Below are positions 35,895 through 50,400 of a stretch of 64,000 nt of DNA, piece by piece. The stretch covers positions 124,001 through 188,000 of the forward strand of contig NIVC01001780.1 of assembly GCA_002269645.1 (NCBI GenBank), written 5' to 3'. The notes below the pieces were generated by a model. That model worked only from the letters and a program-made list of their open reading frames with translations, was not told where the DNA came from and did not search any database. The number at the start of each line of letters is the position of its first letter. Positions within the stretch are counted from its first letter, which is position 1. The DNA is from Macrostomum lignano (lineage: Eukaryota). Made by a program: the position numbers and the translations under genes.

Positions 35895-38285
35895 TGAGGG
35901 GCTGGTCCAGCAACTGAGGATCTGGGAGGCTGGTGGCCCAGCAACTGAGGATCTGGGAGGCTGGTGGCCCAGCAACTGAGGATCTGGGAGGCTGGTGGCC
36001 CAGCAACTGAGGATCTGGGAGGCTGGTGGCCCAGCAACTGAGGATCTGGGAGGCTGGTGGCCCAGCAACTGAGGATCTGGGAGGCTGGTGGCCCAGCAAC
36101 TGAGGATCTGGGAGGCTGGCCCAGCAACTGAGGATCTGGGAGGCTGGCCCAGCAACTGAGGATCTGGGAGGCTGGTGGCCCAGCAACTGAGGATCTGGGA
36201 GGCTGGCCCAGCTACTGAGGATCTGGGAGGCTGGCCCAGCAACTGAGGATCTGGGAGGCTGGCCCAGCAACTGAGGATCTGGGAGGCTGGCCCAGAAACT
36301 GAGGATCTGGGAGGCTGGCCCAGTAACTGAGGATCTGGGAGGCTGGCCCAGCAACTGACACTCTGGGAGGCTGGCCCAGCAACTGAGGATCTGGGAGGCT
36401 GGCCCAGCAACTGAAGATCTGGGAGGCTGGTGGCCCAGCAACTGAGGATCTGGGAGGCTGGTGGCCCAGCAACTGGGGATCTGGGAGGCTGGTGGCCCAG
36501 CAACTGGGGATCTGGGAGGCTGGTGGCCCAGCAACTGAGGATCTGGGAGGCTGGTGGTCCAGCAACTGAGGATCTGGGAGGCTGGTGGCCCAGCAACTGA
36601 GGATCGGGGAGGCTGGTGGTCCAGCAACTGAGGATCTGGGAGGCTGGTGGCTCAGCAACTGAGGATCTGGGAGGCTGGTGGCCCAGCAACTGGGGATCTG
36701 GGAGGCTGGTGGCCCAGCAACTGAGGATCTGGGAGGCTGGCCCAGCTACTGAGGATCTGGGAGGCTGGCCCAGAAACTGAGGATCTGGGAGGCTGGCCCA
36801 GAAACTGAGGATCTGGGAGGCTGGCCCAGCTACTGAGGATCTAGGAGGCTGGCCCAGAAACTGAGAAACTGGGAGGCTGGCCCAGCTACTGAGGATCTGG
36901 GAGGCTGGCCCAGCAGCTGAGGATCTGGGAGGCTGGCCCAGCAGCTGAGAATCTGGGAGGCTGGCCCAGCAACTGAGGATCTGGGAGGCTGGTGGCTCAG
37001 CAACTGAGGATCTGGGAGGCTGGTGGCCCAGCAACTGGGGATCTGGGAGGCTGGTGGCCCAGCAACTGGGGATCTGGGAGGCTGGTGGCCCAGCAACTGA
37101 GGATCTGGGAGGCTGGTCCAGCAACTGACACTCTGGGAGGCTGGCCCAGCAACTGAGGATCTGGAAGGCTGGTACAGCAACTGAGGATCTGGGAGGCTGG
37201 TCCAGTAACTGAGGATCTGGGAGGCTGGCCCAGCAACTGAGGATCTGGGAGGCTGGTGGCCCAGCAACTGAGGATCTGGGAGGCTGGTGGCCCAGCAACT
37301 GAGGATCTGGGAGGCTGGTGGTCCAGCAACTGAGGATCTGGGAGGCTGGTGGCCCAGCAACTGAGGATCTGGGAGGCTGGTGGTCCAGCAACTGAGGATC
37401 TGGGAGGCTGGTGGCTCAGCAACTGAGGATCTGGGAGGCTGGTGGCCCAGCAACTGGGGATCTGGGAGGCTGGTGGCCCAGCAACTGAGGATCTGGGAGG
37501 CTGGCCCAGCTACTGAGGATCTGGGAGGCTGGCCCAGAAACTGAGGATCTGGGAGGCTGGCCCAGAAACTGAGGATCTGGGAGGCTGGCCCAGCTACTGA
37601 GGATCTAGGAGGCTGGCCCAGCAACTGAGAAACTGGGAGGCTGGCCCAGCTACTGAGGATCTGGGAGGCTGGCCCAACAGCTGAGGATCTGGGAGGCTGG
37701 CCCAGCAGCTGAGAATCTGGGAGGCTGGCCCAGCAACTGAGGATCTGGGAGGCTGGTGGCTCAGCAACTGAGGATCTGGGAGGCTGGTGGCCCAGCAACT
37801 GGGGATCTGGGAGGCTGGTGGCCCAGCAACTGAGGATCTGGGAGGCTGGCCCAGCTACTGAGGATCTGGGAGGCTGGCCCAGAAACTGAGGATCTGGGAG
37901 GCTGGCCCAGAAACTGAGGATCTGGGAGGTTGGCCCAGCTACTGAGGATCTGGGAGGCTGGCCCAGCAACTGAGAAACTGGGAGGCTGGCCCAGCTACTG
38001 AGGATCTGGGAGGCTGGCCCAGCAGCTGAGGATCTGGGAGGCTGGCCCAGCAGCTGAGAATCTGGGAGGCTGGCCCAGCAACTGAGGATCTGGGAGGCTG
38101 GCCCAGCAGCTGAGAATCTGGGAGGCTGGCCCAGCAGCTGAGGATCTGGGAGGCTGGCCCAGCAACTGAGAAACTGGGAGGCTGGCCCAGCTACTGAGGA
38201 TCTGGGAGGCTGGCCCAGCAGCTGAGGATCTGGGAGTCTGGCCCAGCAGCTGAGGATCTGGGAGTCTGGCCCAGCAGCTGAGGAT
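35895..38285. repeat. 2.4-kb minisatellite, 28/31-bp units CTGAGGATCTGGGAGGCTGG(TGG)CCCAGCAA
   Basis: About 80 units; explains all ORFs from 35822 to 38291. Confidence 0.97.
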
Positions 38286-38787
38286 AATCAAACTTACAAC
38301 AAAAGAATCAGTGATGAGGCAGATGCATCTCTAACTTAAATATTCAAACCGGCAAGTTTAGTTGCAATTTTTCGATGCGATGGAACATAAACAAACGCAG
38401 AAAAAAATAATAATAACAAAACTGTAAAAAAGTTTGTGGAAACACAAGCGGAGACGCAGCTCGGGGTCTACTAATAGGCGCGCTAGGCAACACATAAAGC
38501 ATAAAAAAACTTGGACAGAACGGCTAATAAAAGCAGTCAAAGCCAGCGCTAAACGGACTGTATTAAGTAGTGCACAACAACCGTGTGATAACAATAAGAA
38601 ATTAATGAATCAAGAAAATCTAAAATCAATGAAAGAAGACTGCTAAAAAATAGACTCTAGACTCTAGACAACTCTAAAACGATAAGTCGCCTCTCAATCA
38701 CTCAATTGTTTGTTGTTAAACTGTTTGCAACAAATTTTCAGACAATTGTTTTTGTCACAGGTAACGTTTTCTTCTAAACGAAAAAAT

Positions 38788-41461
38788 CTACTTTGACAGA
38801 GCCGGTGTCGGAGGCGGCGGCGCGGCGCCGTTCGATGCAGCGACCTGATAATTACTCTGGTCAGTATCTGTTGACGAGAACTCGAATGATTCTTTAACAA
38901 AACCGGAGTCTCCAGAAGTGTTAAGAAGAGTTTCCTGATCCTGATTAGCAACTGTTGCTGCTGAAGAGCTTGCCCAGGTAGCAGAGACGATTGGAGTGCT
39001 TACAGCAAAACGGCCAACCTTTCTAGTGGGCGGAGGAGGCGTTGGTTCGGCACCTGTTTCACCTGAAATTTTCAACAGTCATAAAAATGGTTAAGGTCGG
39101 TTAATTGTCGAGTTACTACACCTGTCCTAATAGGCAGATGTGGCCCTAATAGACAGCTCAGCCGCAGCCTATTGCGCGGCGCATCTGAAGGCTGCGTACG
39201 GCTGTACAGTCCAAGGACTGGGGGGTCGCCACACACTCTCAATTACCCCAGCTAATGTGGGGAGAATCGAACCCAACGCTCTAACCACTACCCAGAGAGT
39301 GCCCTCCTGTAAATATTAATTTCTTATTTGTAACAACTATTATCCTTTATATTGATAAAGCTCTCTACAATGTACATAAATATCGCAAGATTTATCAGGA
39401 TAACGAACGAGAATTAACGAATCAAAATAGTGATGGAACTGCGTACTGAAAGCGCACAGACAGACAAAAGCAAATTGTGAAATTTACTAAATTTTGTAGC
39501 ATATATACTACTTCCTTTGCTAGGTTTACTAGCAGTAGTATATATAAAAGAAAGTTACTGCTCAGCTTACAAAAAAGCAAGGAAAAAGCATAAAGGCAAA
39601 ATTAACAGCGAAATAAATAAAAACTACAACTTGTACTTGCTTTTTCTGTAGACGAACAATTTACGGATTTAATGCTGTGAGGGATCTGTCACAGTTTTTT
39701 TACTGAAAATTGGCTGGAAGTAGTATGTTACACCAATACTGTAAATATAGTGCGAAATATTAAAATGATAAAGGCTAATACTTTTTTTACTACTTATTAC
39801 TCTAAGTCTACTTATGATGCAATGATTATAATTGATAATAATATCAATAATTCACATATTCTACAATAGATATATGCCATAAAAGGAAAATTTAGGTTTA
39901 TTTGGTGTTATAAGTCGAAGGATAAAGGATAGATGATAAAACACCAGGGAAACAGGTCGAAAAGGCAGAGGAGATGCAGAGGAGGAGAGGAGAGAGGAAA
40001 GGTTGTAGAGGAGAGAGCAAGACAGAGGGGAGAGATATGTAGAGATGAAAGGAAGATAGGTATGGAGACGTGAGAGAAATGGAGAGGGGAGATGAGAAAG
40101 AGTGAGACAGAGAGAGGAGGGAGGGAGACAGAGAGGAGAGAGATGGAATTAAAGGGAGATAGATGTGGAGATGTAAGAGAGATGGAGAGGGGAGAGAGTG
40201 AGATAGAGAGGAGAGAGTGAGATAGAGAGGGGAGAAAGTGAGATAGAGAGGAGAGAGAGTGAGATAGAGAGGAGAAAGTGAGATAGAGAGGAGAGAGAGT
40301 GAGATAGAGAGGGGAGAGAGTGAGATAGAGAGGAGAGAGAGTGAGATAGAGAGAAGAGAGAGTGAGATAGAGAGGGGAGAAAGTGAGACAGAGAAGAGAG
40401 AGAGTGAGGTAAAGAGGGAAGAGAGTGAGATAGAGATGAGAGAGAGTGAGATAGAGAGAAGAGAGAGTGAGATAGAGAGGAGAGAGAGTGAGATAGAGAG
40501 GAGAGAGAGTGAGATAGAGAGGAGAGAGAGTGAGATAGAGAGGAGAGAGAGTGAGATAGAGAGAGGAGAGGGTGAGATAGACATGGGAGAGAGTGAGATA
40601 GAGAAGAGAGAGAATGAGAGATTGAGAGACGGAGATGAAAAGGAAAGAGCGAGATGGAGAAGGGTGAGAATGGGGGATAAAGAGAGGAAGAGGGGACACC
40701 GCAAGCAGCCGACACACAGACAGACAGACAGCCCCGCCAGACCAAAGCCCCAACAGCCTCACCAATAGGACTGGAAGACGCAACAGGCGGCTCGGTGGGC
40801 AGCCCGGCAGTTGGCGCCGCTGGAATTGAATCAGTTGAAGGTGCAGCGGAGCGCTGCACAGTCTGCAGCAGGGCCAGCACATCGGTCAGCCGCATCCCGG
40901 GGCCGCATTGGAAGGCCGTAGCGGTGACCTGGCCGGTACCGGCGCTACTGGAACCAGACTCAGCGGAAGCTGGACAGATCAGAACGCACCGACCGGACTG
41001 CAGCTCAGGCAGAGGAATCTGGATTGGCGGCTCGCCATCAACTTGAGACGGCAGCTGGAGTATGGGTGGCAGTCTTTGCTGTTGCTCTTGAATCAGCTGT
41101 TGCTGTCTCTGCTGCTGCAGCAGGTAGCTCTGGTACTGCTGCTGAGGCCAGTGAGGAGCCACGCCAGGTCTGGACGGTCCGGGCGAAGGCAGGGTGGCGC
41201 ATTGATGAGGCGTCTCCCCCGCCGCCACTGTCATCAGGGCTGTTGCCGAGCGATCGTCGGCAGCAACCGCGACGGCGTCGGGATGGCTGAGACGCCGGCT
41301 GGCTCCCGGGCTGGCAGGCTGGGGGATGTCGGGGTGCTGCTGGTGCTGCTGCAGGTGCCTGGATGCGGACACAGTAACGACCGCTGTAGCGGCTGGTGGC
41401 GGCGGCAGGAGCAGAGGGTTTTTCTGCGGCTGCGGAGTGGGCGGTGGAGCCTGCTGTTGCT

Positions 41462-41492
<31 letters not shown>

Positions 41493-44400
41493 TGGCTGCT
41501 GAAGGTGCGGGAACGAACGGGTCTGGAAGGTGTTTTTTTGGTGAGTGAATGATTGAATTATAATGAGTGAATGAGTTAGCGAACGAGTGAATAAGGTGAA
41601 TGCATCAGTGAAAAAATGAGTGAATACGGTGAATTAAGGAGTGACTGAGTGACCGAGTGAACCGAGACAATGTGTGAATGACCGAGTGAATGTGACTGAC
41701 TGACTGAATGACTCTTTGAATGATTAAGTGAATGTGTGTGAATGCATCAGTGAGTAAATGTGTGAATGAATGAGTGAATGTGTGAATAACCGAGTGAATG
41801 TGACTGACTGACTGAATGACTCTTTGAATGATTAAGTGAATGTGTGAATGACTGAGTGAATGTGTGAACGACTAAGTGAATATGTGAATGACTGAGTGAA
41901 TGTGACTGACTGACTGAATGACTTTGTGAATGATCGAGTGACTGTGTGAATGCATAAGTGAGTAAATGTGTGAATTCAGTCAATCAAGTAGTGAATAAGC
42001 TAGTGAATGCGAGAATAAGTGAATAATCAAATCACACAGACACCCCCAGCCCGGCAGTACTCACTTCATCTGCCTGCAGCCGATGGAACTGAACGCCATC
42101 AGCTGCGGTCACTGCCGTTATACTGCCGTTGGCATCAGCGGAGCCCGCCTGCTGCTGCTGCTGAGCCTCGAACTCTTCCTCCCAGCGGGCATTGTAGTCG
42201 TCTCGCTCTTTCAGCGTCCGGCGCTTGGCCTCGGCCCAGCGACGCGCCTGCAGGCCAAGGCGGACAATGGGCGAGACGTCGGTCTCGGAGTCCTGCTCGG
42301 GCTCTGACTGCCGGATCTTCTCCATGAAGTGGCTCCATACGCCGGCCAGCACCTGCAATAGGTCACGGCCGAGGGTCAACAAATTTTAAGGCTCAATGGG
42401 TTGCTGAGGGTCATAGGGTTAGTGAGTCATAGTATCATACAGTCAGATAATTTTAGGTTCAACGAGGACATAGGGGCGATCTATAGGGTTTTATAGGGCC
42501 TTCGATCATAGAGTCACATGATAAAGTTGGTGGGTCATAGAGACATAGAATCATAGGGTTAGTGGGTCATAGAGCCAGAGAATCATAGGGTCAGTGGGTC
42601 ATAGAGCCAGAGAATCATAGGGTTAGTGGGTCATAGAGCCAGAGAATCATAGGGTCAGTGGGTCATAGAGCCAGAGAATCGTAGGGTTAGTGGGTCATAG
42701 AGACAGAGAATCGTAGGGTCAGTGGGTCATAGAGCCAGAGAATCGTAGGGTCAGTGGGTCATAGAGCCAGAGAATCGTAGGGTCAGTGGGTCATAGAGCC
42801 AGAGAATCGTAGGGTCAGTGGGTCATAGAGCCAGAGAATCGTAGGGTCAGTGGGTCATAGAGCCAGAGAATCGTAGGGTCAGTGGGTCATAGAGCCAGAG
42901 AATCGTAGGGTCAGTGGGTCATAGAGCCAGAGAATCGTAGGGTCAGTGGGTCATAGAGCCAGAGAATCGTAGGGTCAGTGGGTCATAGAGCCAGAGAATT
43001 GTAGGGTCAGTGGGTCATAGAGCCAGAGAATCGTAGGGTCAGTGGGTCATAGAGCCAGAGAATCGTAGGGTCAGTGGGTCATAGAGCCAGAGAATCGTAG
43101 GGTCAGTGGGTCATAGAGCCAGAGAATCGTAGGGTCAGTGGGTCATAGAGCCAGAGAATTGTAGGGTCAGTGGGTCATAGAGCCAGAGAATCGTAAGGGT
43201 CAGTGGGTCATAGAGCCAGAGAATCGTAGGGTCAGTGGGTCATAGAGCCAGAGAATCGTAGGGGCAGTGGGTCATAGAGCCAGAGAATCATAGGGTCAGT
43301 GGGTCATAGAGCCAGAGAATCGTAGGGTCAGTGGGTCATAGAGCCAGAGAATCATAGGGTCAGTGGGTCATAGAGCCAGAGAATCATAGGGTCAGTGGGT
43401 ATAGAGACAGTAAATCATAGAGTCAATTGGATTACAAGATTAGTGGGTCATAACGTCATAGTGTCCAGTCATTGGGCTATTGATTTAAACGACTCAAACA
43501 TTCACAAACCTTTTTCCTATAATAGTTGAGCTGATTCCTGATGCTGCTCACAACCTTCTGACGGAGTCGTTTTTGCTGGTCGCTGGTCATGGCGCTGCCA
43601 GTGTCAGACTCGGCAAAATCGGCGAAAGAATTCACAACGGTGTCCAGATCCTCGTCGATGAAGCAGTCTAACTGGAACTCAAAGCCGACACCAGGCAAGA
43701 TTCGCATCTGCTGCTGCAGAGTCCGGTCGTTCACCACTAGACGGAAGTCGGCCACGTGATAGAATTTGTTGGGGTCGCCGGAGTACTCCACGGGCTCGTG
43801 ATCGCGACGGTCGGGCGGCGACGTGGCGACTTGCTTGGGCGGCTCCTGGCGTTGGGGGGGGAAGAGATTTGAGCATCTGATTCGCATTCACGCTGACACT
43901 TACTTTATCTGACTCTTTGGCTGACTCTGATGTCTTACTTCGCGACTCTCACTCCATATCTAACAGTCAATATATCTGACTCTCACTGCACATCTGACAG
44001 TCAATCTATCTGACTCTCACTGCACATCTGACAGTCAATCTATCTGACTCTCACTGCATATCTGACAGTCAATCTATCTGACTCTCACTGCACATCTGAC
44101 AGTCAATCTATCTGACTCTCACTGCACATCTGACAGTCAATCTATCTGACTCTCACTGCACATCTGACAGTCAATCTATCTGACTCTCACTGCACATCTG
44201 ACAGTCAATCTATCTGACTCTCACTGCACATCTGACAGTCAATCTATCTGACTCTCACTGCACATCTGACAGTCAATCTATCTGACTCTCACTGCACATC
44301 TGACAGTCAATCTATTTTACTCTCGGTCTCCTTTAACTCATCTCATCTGACTCATTTCCTGACTCTTATGTTCCAGAGTTTCATTCATTCATTGTTTTTC

Positions 44401-47400
44401 TACAATACGTAATCCCTGCAATGAAAGTACTCGTATTTTTATTGCAATAATATTTAACCAATCAGTACTCACCCCAGACAAAGTAGATCCGCCATCCGTC
44501 GTTGTATCGCTCGAGTCCTGCCATTTCAAAGTCTGCGACAAGCGAACCAGCTGCACCTGAATCGGGATGGGCTTCAGGTTGAATATCTGCAGGGACAGGA
44601 GCTCCTCAACTGTAGGACGGAAATCCGGCAGCGGATGGGTGCAGGTGAAGAACACGTCCCGGATGTCATGACTCTCGATGCTGCAGAAGGATAACAGGTC
44701 GGTTGGTTAATGGCGAGTGTAAAATATCAAAATGCTACCTTGCTTTTACCACCCCTACAAGCACCCACCACCCCCACAAGCACCCACCACCCCTACAAGC
44801 ACCCACCACCCCCACAAGCACCCACCACCCCTACAAGCACCCACCACCCCACAAGCACCCACCACCCCACAAGCACCCACCACCCCACAAGCACCCACCA
44901 CCCCTACAAGCACCCACCACCCCTACAAGCACCCACCACCCCACAAGCACCCACCACCCCCACAAGCACCCACCACCCCACAAGCACCCACCACCCCTAC
45001 AAGCACCCACCACCCCCACAAGCACCCACCACCCCTACAAGCACCCACCACCCCTACAAGCACCCACCACCCCCACAAGCACCCACCACGCCCACAAGCA
45101 CCCACCACCCCAACAGACACCCAGCAGCCCTACAAGCACAACAATTATAACCAAAAGTATTCAAAGCCTCTAACCGAGTCAGCACTTTAGGCGGCGTATT
45201 GCTGGCAATCCTTTGCCAGACATCTAGAAAATTCTGGCACTCCTGATACGGTATACTATTGGTGACCATCTCTACAATGAGGATGCCAAATGCGAAAATG
45301 TCAACTTTTTCGTCGTATCGTTCCTGCAGCATCTCGGGAGCCATGTAGCCCAGAGTACCCAGCATAGTCTTGCGAGTCTGGGTCTTAGCCGTGGCCAATC
45401 CGAAGTCGCCAATTTTGATGTTGTAATATTCTTCGGGATTCTCGCCATCAGCGATGAACACGTTCTCGGGTTTGAGGTCGCGGTGGATCACTGGCGGGTT
45501 CATTCTGAGATGCGGTTTTTCAATTGGCGTTGATTGAGATTATGGGATTGGTTATTTGAGATTAAATTGATGATAGCTGAGATTAGGTATGTGACTAAAG
45601 GGTGAGATTGGGTGTGAGACTGAAGGGTGAGATTGGATATATGAGACTGAAGGGTGAGATTGGATATATGAGACTGAAGGGTGAGATTGGATATGAGACT
45701 GAAGGGTGAGATTGGATATGAGACTGAAGGGTGAGACTGGGTATGAGAATGAAGGGTAAGATTGGTTATATGAGAATGAAGGGTGAGATTGGTTATATGA
45801 GAATGAAGGGTGAGATTGGTTATATGAGAATGAAGGGTGAGATTGGTTATATGAGAATGAAGGGTGAGATTGGTTATATGAGAACGAAGGGTGAGATTGG
45901 TTATTAGAGAATGAAGGGTGAGATTGGATATGAGACTGAAGGGTGAGATTGGATATGAGACTGAAGGGTGAGATTGGGTATGAGAGACTGAAGGGTGTGA
46001 TTGGGTACGAGAATGAAGGGTAAGATTGGTTATGAGACTGAAGGGTGAGATTGGTTATTTGAGACTGGAGGGAGAGATTGGTTATTTGAGAATGAAGGGT
46101 GAGATTGGTTATGAGAGACTGAGGGCTGAGATTGGTTATTTGAGAATGAAGGGTGAGATTGGGTATATAAGACTGAAGGGTGAGAGTGGATATGAGATTG
46201 AAGGGTGAGATTGGCAATAAGTGAAAAGTAAGATTGGGACAATATTCGCAAAGCAGGAGGGCAATTCCCCAGCGACTCACTTATGATGCATATGCCGCAG
46301 CCCTTCGAGAATCTGCTGCATCCAAGACTGAAACACGTTGAAGTCAACCACAGCCTCTCTTGTCTGCTCGTTATAGAACGTCTTCATCTTCTCTTTAAGA
46401 GTGCCCTCGCTCATAAACTCTGTGACAATCACTGTGGCTTTGACTTTTTCGCCTCGATCGCCATTCTCTTCCAATTCGAAATAGAAATCGAACAGATCGT
46501 AGTAGCGGACTATGTTAGGGTGCTCGCATTTGATCATCATTTCCACCTGTGGGTTGTCGGTAATTTTTATGCTAATCACCCCAGACGAAAACGGTACCCA
46601 GGCTAAGAAGCGTCTCAAGAGTGGTTGCAGGCACTCGTAATGATTATAGAACTCTAAAACGACGATATGTCACCAATAAGTCGTCAGAGTCGCCAAAAAG
46701 CGTTGTCACCACTCGGAACAACCAGTGGGTAGCTTCTAAGCACAGGGAGAGGTGGGCTGACGCCCTCCGACTGCCGGCAATCTCGCTCGGCTGTCCCCTG
46801 TCGTTCCTCCACCCTGCGCAGGGCCCTGCTTGGACTCAACCGCAGGGACATCAGGGCGGTGGCCATGGCCCTCTGGGGTCATGGCTGTTTTGCCAGGCAC
46901 CGTCACCTCCAGGGAAAAATCCGCAGTGAGGAATGCCCATTCTGCCTCTCCGGTGTCGAGAATGCGGAGCACTTCATCTGTGAATGCCCCGCCTTTACTC
47001 AGGACAGGTTCACCTACCTCGGCCCGAACCCGGACCTCTCCGACGTTTTCAGGTCCAAGAATCTCTGCCTACATAAGGGCTACTGGGCAAGCGACTAACA
47101 ACCTCCTGGACTCTCCGGAGGGGGACCGCGCTGCGGACACCGGAACCACCGGAACTCCCTGCGGGCAGCAACGCCTCCTCGCTGCATCCGGATGCCCGGA
47201 GCCCCCTGCAGCTGAGTCAAGTCAAGTCGCCAAAAGAGTCAATTTGAGACATTTTATTGTCTACGACTCTGGAGCCGTTGAGTCGCTGCAAAATCACCGA
47301 GTTGCGTCTAAAGCCAACTTGCGTCACTTAATGAATTAAAATTGCATTTCGCATTATAACAACAAGTCTATTTAGTCTACTTAGAGTGAGTAGAAAGTTA

Positions 47401-50400
47401 AGCGCTAACACAGCGACTCTTGTTCTCTCTCCGTTGCATTAAGAGTCGTTTGAGTCGTTAAAAATTGACAAGATTCGCCCCACAGTGAGTTGTTTGCAAC
47501 GAATTTTTAGCGATTCTTGTCACAGGTAACGCTTTTTCAATGGGCCAATCACTTAGGGCACAGAGTGTGCATGCCTGGCGATAAGAAATGCAGACTTGTA
47601 TGTGCCCTAAGATGCTCTAAATGCCTTGCAATTTAATATCATTATTAAAGTTGTATCAGCAGTAGCAAAGAGCAGCCTCACCTCTTTTCTAACCTGCTCC
47701 CTCTCTGCCGGTTTATCTTTCCCAACTTGAAACTTCAACTCGCACCAAGCAATGGGCCGGCCCTGCTCTCTATCGTAGCCGCGGAACACTCGCTTATAGG
47801 CGCCTTCGCCGCACTTCAGATTATGCTTAATCCACCGACCGCACGGGCTGACGGCGATGCCTCGCTGTTTCAACTGCAGCTCAATCTGATGCCGGCGCCA
47901 CAACTGCTCTTCGCGTTTTCTTTCCCGTTCTTTGGCTTTTATTTCTTTAGATTGTTTGGCTTTGCTGGCCGCGGAGGAGGATGTCACGGTGGTACTGGTT
48001 GTTGCAGGCGCTGCCGATGACTGCTTTTGCTGTTGTTGTTGCTGCTGCTGCAACTGCGGCGGCTGTTGAACATTTGCACCTGTAGATGTAGTTAAAGAAC
48101 TCGATGTCGAGGCAGCGGTTGACATGGTCGCTAAAGATGCAGCCGCACTGGATGAAGTGCTCAACAGACTGTGAGAACTAGTAACTGGCAAAGCTGTATT
48201 GCTGGCATCTTCTGGCTGGCTCTGTTGTTGCGGCTGCTGCTGCTGCTGCTGTTGCGTCTGAGAATCCAAATTTGCGCCCTCTGACGCTTCAACAAGCTGC
48301 GGTTGCTTGGCAATGCCAAGACCAGACAGTGGCTCGCTGACAATGCGACGGCGCCTTCAGATTGAGAATTATCGGAGGGGGGGTTTGAAAATATAGAATG
48401 CAATATACGTGAAAAAAATGTTAAGAAATGAGAGAAACGAAAAGCATTCAAATGAGAAATTACAAGCATAAGTACGAGAATGAAAAAATGAGAACCTTGA
48501 TAATAATTAAAACACGAAATACGGTACTAGATATATTTGAAACACCTACACTTATCTGTTAGATCACTTATATAAATCCGATAAATGACTTATACTCATC
48601 TAATAGATCACTTACACTAATCCGATAGATCACTTACACTAATTTGATAGATCACTTACACTAATCCGATAGATCACTTACACTAATCCGATAGATCACG
48701 AACACCAATCTAATAGATCACTAACAGTAATCCAAAATATCACTTACACTAATCTAATAGATCACTAACAGTAATCCAAAAGATCACTTACACTAATCCG
48801 ATAGATCACTTACACTCATCCGATAGATCACCAACACCAATCTAATAGATTACTTACACTAATCCGATAGATCACTTACACTTATCTAATAGATTACGTA
48901 CACTAATCCAATAGATTACTTACACTAATCCGATAGATCACTTACACTTATCCGATAGATCACTTACACTTATCTAAAAGATCACTTACACTCATCCGAT
49001 AGATCACCAACACCAATCCAATAGATTACTTACACTAATCCGATAGATCACTTACACTAATCTGATAGATCACTTACACTAATCTAATAGATTACTAACA
49101 GTAATCCAAAAGATCACTTTCACTAATTTGATAGATCACTAAGAGTAATCCGATAGATTACTTACACTAATCCAATAGATCACTTACACTAATCCGATAG
49201 ATTACTTACACTAATCCAATAGATCACTTACACTAATCCGATAGATTACTTACACTAATCCAATAGATCACTTACACTAATCCAATAGATTACTTACACT
49301 AATCCGATAGATTACTTACACTAATCCAATAGATCACTTACACTAATCCAATAGATTACTTACACTAATCCAATAGATCACTTACACAAATCCAATAGAT
49401 TACTTACACTAATCCAATAGATTACTTGCACAAATCCAACACAGGAGTAACTTTCAGTAGCAAAACAGATAGGCTACGAATCCAAATGATTCAATATTCA
49501 GGCTACACAGGGCACAAGAAAACTGCAAGTATTCAACTCTCAGCATTTTTATTCTTTCCCTCAGTCTAACTATTTTCCAGCGAACACCCAGCCTTGGACC
49601 CAATCCGAACGGTTGGTAGCTGCTGCTGCTGCTGCTGCGAGTGAATGAAAACAGATGAATTTGAAGAGAGACAGGGTGGTTAACGAACACCTCCCCAAAA
49701 CCATAACGTCGGTGAAATGTACGGATTAGCAGGCCAACTACATATAAATATTAGCGCAGCAACAAAGGCAGTCTAGGCTGCGAAAGTGGCTAGAAAATCA
49801 TCACCATCACCACCCGTTTGTCGCACCACAGTCTCACTTCTCTCTTATTATAAATGTATCGAACAATATATTAGTAGATAAATAGCAACAAATAAAAAGT
49901 GCATTACAGAAGAGAAGAGGGGTGAGAGGGAGTGGGTAGGGGGAGAAAGAGAGAGGGATAGAAGGAAGACAGGGAGAGGATAGGAGTAAGATGGGGAGGG
50001 AGGGAGAGTAGATGGAAGATGGAGAAGGTAAGAGGGATAGAGGGTGGGGGATGGAGGGTGATAGGGAGAGGGATAGAGGGTGGGGGATGAAGGGTGATAG
50101 GGAGAGGGATAGAGGGTGGGGGATGGAGGGTGATAGGGAGAGGGATAGAGGGTGGGAGATGGAGGGTGATAGGGAGAGGGATAGAGGGTGGGGGATGGAG
50201 GGTGATAGGGAGAGGGATAGAGGGTGGGGGATGGAGGGTGATAGGGAGAGGGATAGAGGGTGGGGATGTAGGGAGAAAGGGAGAGGGATAGAGGGTGGGG
50301 GATGTAGGGAGAAAGGGAGAGGGATAGAGGGTGAGGGATGTAGGGAGAAAGGGAGAGGGATAGAGGGTGGGGGGTGGAGGGTGATAGGGAGAGGGATAGA

